A DNA stretch of 28,690 nucleotides from Candidatus Methanomethylicus sp. (lineage in GTDB: Archaea > Thermoproteota > Methanomethylicia > Methanomethylicales > Methanomethylicaceae). The stretch spans positions 1 through 28,690 of the forward strand of contig JAJRAB010000074.1 of assembly GCA_028683025.1 (NCBI GenBank). Direction: 5' to 3'. The notes under the pieces were generated by a model. The model worked only from the letters and a program-made list of their open reading frames with translations. It searched no databases and was not told where the DNA came from. A program made the translations under genes and the position numbers. Position 1 is the first letter of the stretch. Each line of letters opens with the position of its first letter. Shown here in pieces: positions 25,890-28,690 of this stretch.

Positions 25890-25988
25890 ACCTTGTTCAT
25901 GACTTTTACTAAAAGTATATATAATATTGAGATTCGATGGCGAGCTATGACGGCAGTCAATGTGGTATTGGCGACCAAGCATCGCCAA
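25890..25988 (-). promoter_or_regulatory. arlB promoter with TATA box and two inverted repeats
   Basis: TTATATAT at about 25918-25925; ACTTTT-N3-AAAAGT at 25902-25916; TTGGCGA-N7-TCGCCAA at 25968-25988; RBS AAGGT at 25890-25894. Confidence 0.6.
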
Positions 25989-26033
25989 AAATTAACTATA
26001 AAAAGTTAAAAAAATCAATACAAATGTGTATTT

Positions 26034-26938
26034 TCAGAAATAAATTGAGGACTGGCACATTAATAGATTTAGTATAGCTATAATGCCAATAGAAATTGTG
26101 AACAGAAGCCAAAAAGAGGTTAAAACCAGACCCAGTGGGAAAAGGATACTTAAAAGTGAAGCCCCTTCCCCAAGACATAGCACCCCAAGTATTCGATGAA
26201 ACATATCCCTTGGGCTGGAGGTCCTAGTCAGCCTGCTGAGGACCTTGTAGGTTATCGAGTCCTTGAGCTTGCGGTAGGCCGGCAGGCGGTAGAATTGCTG
26301 TATGCCCTCATTGGTCAGGGCATAGACTGGCTCTTGCTTCTTCGTCTTGCTCTGGATGCCAATTTTTTTAAGTAACTTTACTGAGCGGGGCTCGTCCATG
26401 TAGCGCCTAAAGAGCTTTGGCCCCTGTTCAAATATACATCCAAGTAGCTCTCAGTGCGTTGGGTACTCAAACCAACTACGCCTGCCAATTTTTTGATCGC
26501 TAGGCGGTTTCCTTTAGACGTTCCTAAGGCTAATAGCAACTGGGCAGTAACTGAGGCCATTGAGAAGGCGCCAGGATCTAGCGCTGTGGGTTGGGTAAGC
26601 GTAGGCGACTCGATCAAGGGTGTTTGGGATTCTTTTTCCTCTATGAATCGTATTAGCGAAGATATGTTTTCCAGCCCAGTAGATGTCAATTTGTACGTAG
26701 GGTAACTCCCATTTCCAGAAATGGACTCTATAAGCTCTTTATTTTTGAGCTTTCGTAATGAGTCGGTGACAGCCTTTCTCCTTTGACCAACTGCCTGAGC
26801 AATATCTGCTGCAGACATCTCCTTTTGAGAGAGAGCCATCATAATATCAAGCTGCAATGAATCTTTAGATATATTCACAAAGCTAACTACATATCTAAGC
26901 TGGTTTATGCGATCAGCGATCATTCCGTAATCAGACAT
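26034..26938 (-). pseudogene. Membrane-anchored wHTH regulator (ArnR-like), copy 2, split by a 1-nt deletion at about 26421-26424
   Basis: ORFs 26378..26977 and 26034..26399 align end to end with the 302-aa paralogue. TTGGCCCCTG here versus TTGGCTCCCTG in the paralogue; restoring one base gives 301 aa. Confidence 0.8.
26224..26473. repeat. Direct repeat unit shared with 27188-27438
   Basis: 26224-26267 is identical to 27188-27231 (44 bp); 26353-26473 is identical to 27317-27438 apart from the one deleted base. Confidence 0.9.
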
Positions 26939-27003
26939 GGGCATCACCCAACTGCGATCGCTTGGAATTGAAGCCATATGACCAGTAAGATGGGATATTT
27001 TCC

Positions 27004-27912
27004 CTATCCGACTGCTTTGTAAAGCATGAAGTCAGCAAGAGTAATGCTCCCTACAAGAGTTGTGAAGAAGATCCAAACGCAGAATGAAAATGGCCCTAAA
27101 GGCAGCATGACACCGAGGGCCGAAATTAGGCCTCCAGAACAGAGCACTATTGCTAAACGTTTGAACATCTCGCGGGGATTCCCAGTTCTAGTCAGCCTGC
27201 TGAGGACCTTGTAGGTTATCGAGTCCTTGAGTTTGCGGTAAGCTGGCAAGCGGTAGAACTGCTGAAGGCCTTCGTTGGTCAGGGCATAGACTGGCTCCTG
27301 CCTTTTGGTTTTACTTTGGATGCCAATTTTTTTAAGTAACTTTACTGAGCGGGGCTCGTCCATGTAGCGCCTAAAGAGCTTTGGCTCCCTGTTCAAATAT
27401 ACATCCAAGTAGCTCTCAGTGCGTTGGGTACTCAAACCGATTGATCTGGCAAGTCTTTTTACAGGTAGGCGATTTTCTTTGGATGTCCCTAACATGAGCA
27501 GTAGTTCTGAAGTAACAGAAGCCACAGGAAGATTTTCGAGTCCCATATCTTTGGAAAATGGTGTAGAGGGCGAAGCTGTTGGAAGATTGGGCGCAGCATC
27601 AGCTTTCTTCACATCCATAAAATCCATTAGTGTTGTTACGCAGTTCTCTCCAGTTGAGGATAACTTGAATGCAGAATTCTTACCCTCATCCGAGACAAGT
27701 TCCACCAGGCCCTTGTTCTTCAGCTTCCGCATTGCATCTGTAACGGCCTTCCGTCTCTGGCCGACCTCTTTGGCTATCTCAGCTGCAGATAGCTCCCCTT
27801 TGTTACTGAGGGCGATTACAATGTTAAATTGAAGAGTGCTTTTTGAGATGTCTATTAGCCGATCTACATCCCTAAGTTGATCCAACCTCTGCATTACGGC
27901 TGCTAATGACAC
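27004..27912 (-). CDS. Membrane-anchored wHTH transcription regulator (ArnR-like), copy 1
   Basis: N-terminal wHTH (LSAAEIAKEVGQRRKAVTDAMRKLKNKGLV), a second HTH-like segment (LPVKRLARSIGLSTQRTESYL) and two C-terminal TM helices; upstream of arlB. Confidence 0.78.
   Translation of the reverse strand: MSLAAVMQRLDQLRDVDRLIDISKSTLQFNIVIALSNKGELSAAEIAKEVGQRRKAVTDAMRKLKNKGLVELVSDEGKNSAFKLSSTGENCVTTLMDFMDVKKADAAPNLPTASPSTPFSKDMGLENLPVASVTSELLLMLGTSKENRLPVKRLARSIGLSTQRTESYLDVYLNREPKLFRRYMDEPRSVKLLKKIGIQSKTKRQEPVYALTNEGLQQFYRLPAYRKLKDSITYKVLSRLTRTGNPREMFKRLAIVLCSGGLISALGVMLPLGPFSFCVWIFFTTLVGSITLADFMLYKAVG
27188..27438. repeat. Direct repeat unit shared with 26224-26473
   Basis: See the partner repeat; identity includes synonymous positions. 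Confidence 0.9.
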
Positions 27913-27946
27913 CCACCTTTACACCGTTTGATAGTTTACTCTAATA

Positions 27947-27960
27947 TTATTTATAAAACT
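27947..27960 (-). promoter_or_regulatory. TATA box for the ArnR-like copy 1 gene
   Basis: TTTATAAA at 27950-27957, 37 nt before the GTG start, preceded on the minus strand by A-rich CAAAG. Confidence 0.55.
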
Positions 27961-28029
27961 TTGTATTGTATTGTGAGTGCATGTCGCCTTAGCAGATTAT
28001 ATGAACAAATCAAAAAAATATTAATTGTT

Positions 28030-28356
28030 CTAAGCAATTTTTTTATAATTCCCACAACTCACCTCATCCAGAATTTTCTTTATTTGAGTCACATAATTTT
28101 CCGCATTTACATCGCTCGCGAGGCCAAGCATCAGAAACTTTACACTGCTCATGGGTATTATCACATACTTGTGGTTTGGTGTCGAGAATATGCAGTAGTG
28201 CATCTGTGGCAACCTACCCACAAGAAATGAAGCCATCCTTTTCATGCCCTTATCAAGATTGGGTCCCTTGTACAGCAGTTCTTCGCCTTCGGTATGGTCA
28301 ACGAGCATCGCTTCTTTGACAACTTCGCCATCTACAAGAACGTCTAGGAATGTCAC
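28030..28356 (-). CDS. Small hypothetical protein, possibly roadblock/longin-like
   Basis: 108 aa with a helix-strand-strand-helix-strand-strand-strand-helix pattern (AMLVD, YCIFS, KYVIIP, FLMLG). Confidence 0.5.
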   Translation of the reverse strand: MTFLDVLVDGEVVKEAMLVDHTEGEELLYKGPNLDKGMKRMASFLVGRLPQMHYCIFSTPNHKYVIIPMSSVKFLMLGLASDVNAENYVTQIKKILDEVSCGNYKKIA

Positions 28357-28543
28357 TCTTACTGCCTCTGGGGGACACTTATGGCTGAAATATTATAACC
28401 ATATGCAACTTCGGCGATGACCCGCCACCTTTTTTCCATTGTGGCTAGCGAGTGCCAGTCGCCACCTGCGATCATGAGAAGTCATCAGAGTCATCTTGGT
28501 TACGGCGGAGGCTGGCGCCTTCCTTTCTCTTTCTCATGGTGTT

Positions 28544-28690
28544 TCAGATCTCAAAAAGGTCTGGATCTACATTGCGGGTCATGCCTGTCCTCATTAGCCT
28601 CGAGGAATCCCTGAATAGGATTACTGCCCAGATCCCAAGTAGCAGAACTACCGTTCCGATTATGACACCCTGGCCTATGAGGAAGTCTGT
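28544..28690 (-). CDS. C-terminal end of a membrane protein (runs off window edge)
   Basis: Hand translation TDFLIGQGVIIGTVVLLLGIWAVILFRDSSRLMRTGMTRNVDPDLFEI*; one TM helix. Confidence 0.55.
   Translation of the reverse strand, partial: TDFLIGQGVIIGTVVLLLGIWAVILFRDSSRLMRTGMTRNVDPDLFEI

Noticed and set aside
25992-26009. TTAACT-N6-AGTTAA inverted repeat
   Set aside because: Short and within a very AT-rich tract, so expected by chance.
26421-26424. Classical homopolymer phase variation at the frameshift
   Set aside because: The run is only 4 nt and the paralogue has an interrupted run, so slipped-strand switching is not supported.
1-28690. CRISPR arrays, tRNA/rRNA, transposases/integrases, che genes, arlK/pibD peptidase
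   Set aside because: No regular repeat-spacer array, cloverleaf or T-loop signature, or characteristic protein motifs were seen by eye.

Overview
Archaeal window. The archaellum genes and GGAGG/GGTGA ribosome-binding sites support this; a TACK-type methylotroph is plausible but is inference only. Left arm (1-17 kb): an MFS transporter divergent from a corrinoid protein + MtaA/CmuA-family methyltransferase pair; an RHH regulator; a frameshifted small gene; a YegP/DUF1508 protein; a DUF1624 membrane protein; an Fe-S aldo/keto reductase with an Asp-ligand ferredoxin; a secreted linalool dehydratase/isomerase (LDI) homologue in an operon with an ECF S-component; DUF998; a zinc-ribbon membrane protein; a vWA-coiled-coil protein; EamA; two NDP-sugar epimerases; and a CDF transporter. 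Right arm (17-28.7 kb, all minus strand): an archaellum locus with an unusual composition. It has two tandem membrane-anchored wHTH regulators (ArnR-like; the arlB-proximal copy is frameshifted inside a tract identical to its paralogue), then arlB, an ArlC/D/E-like fusion with an inserted helical-repeat region, arlG, arlF (probable ATT start), arlH, arlI, arlJ, and a membrane-anchored disordered/coiled-coil protein. No chemotaxis genes, prepilin peptidase, RNA genes, CRISPR arrays or mobile elements were recognised. All family calls come from motif recognition by eye; no database searches were run.
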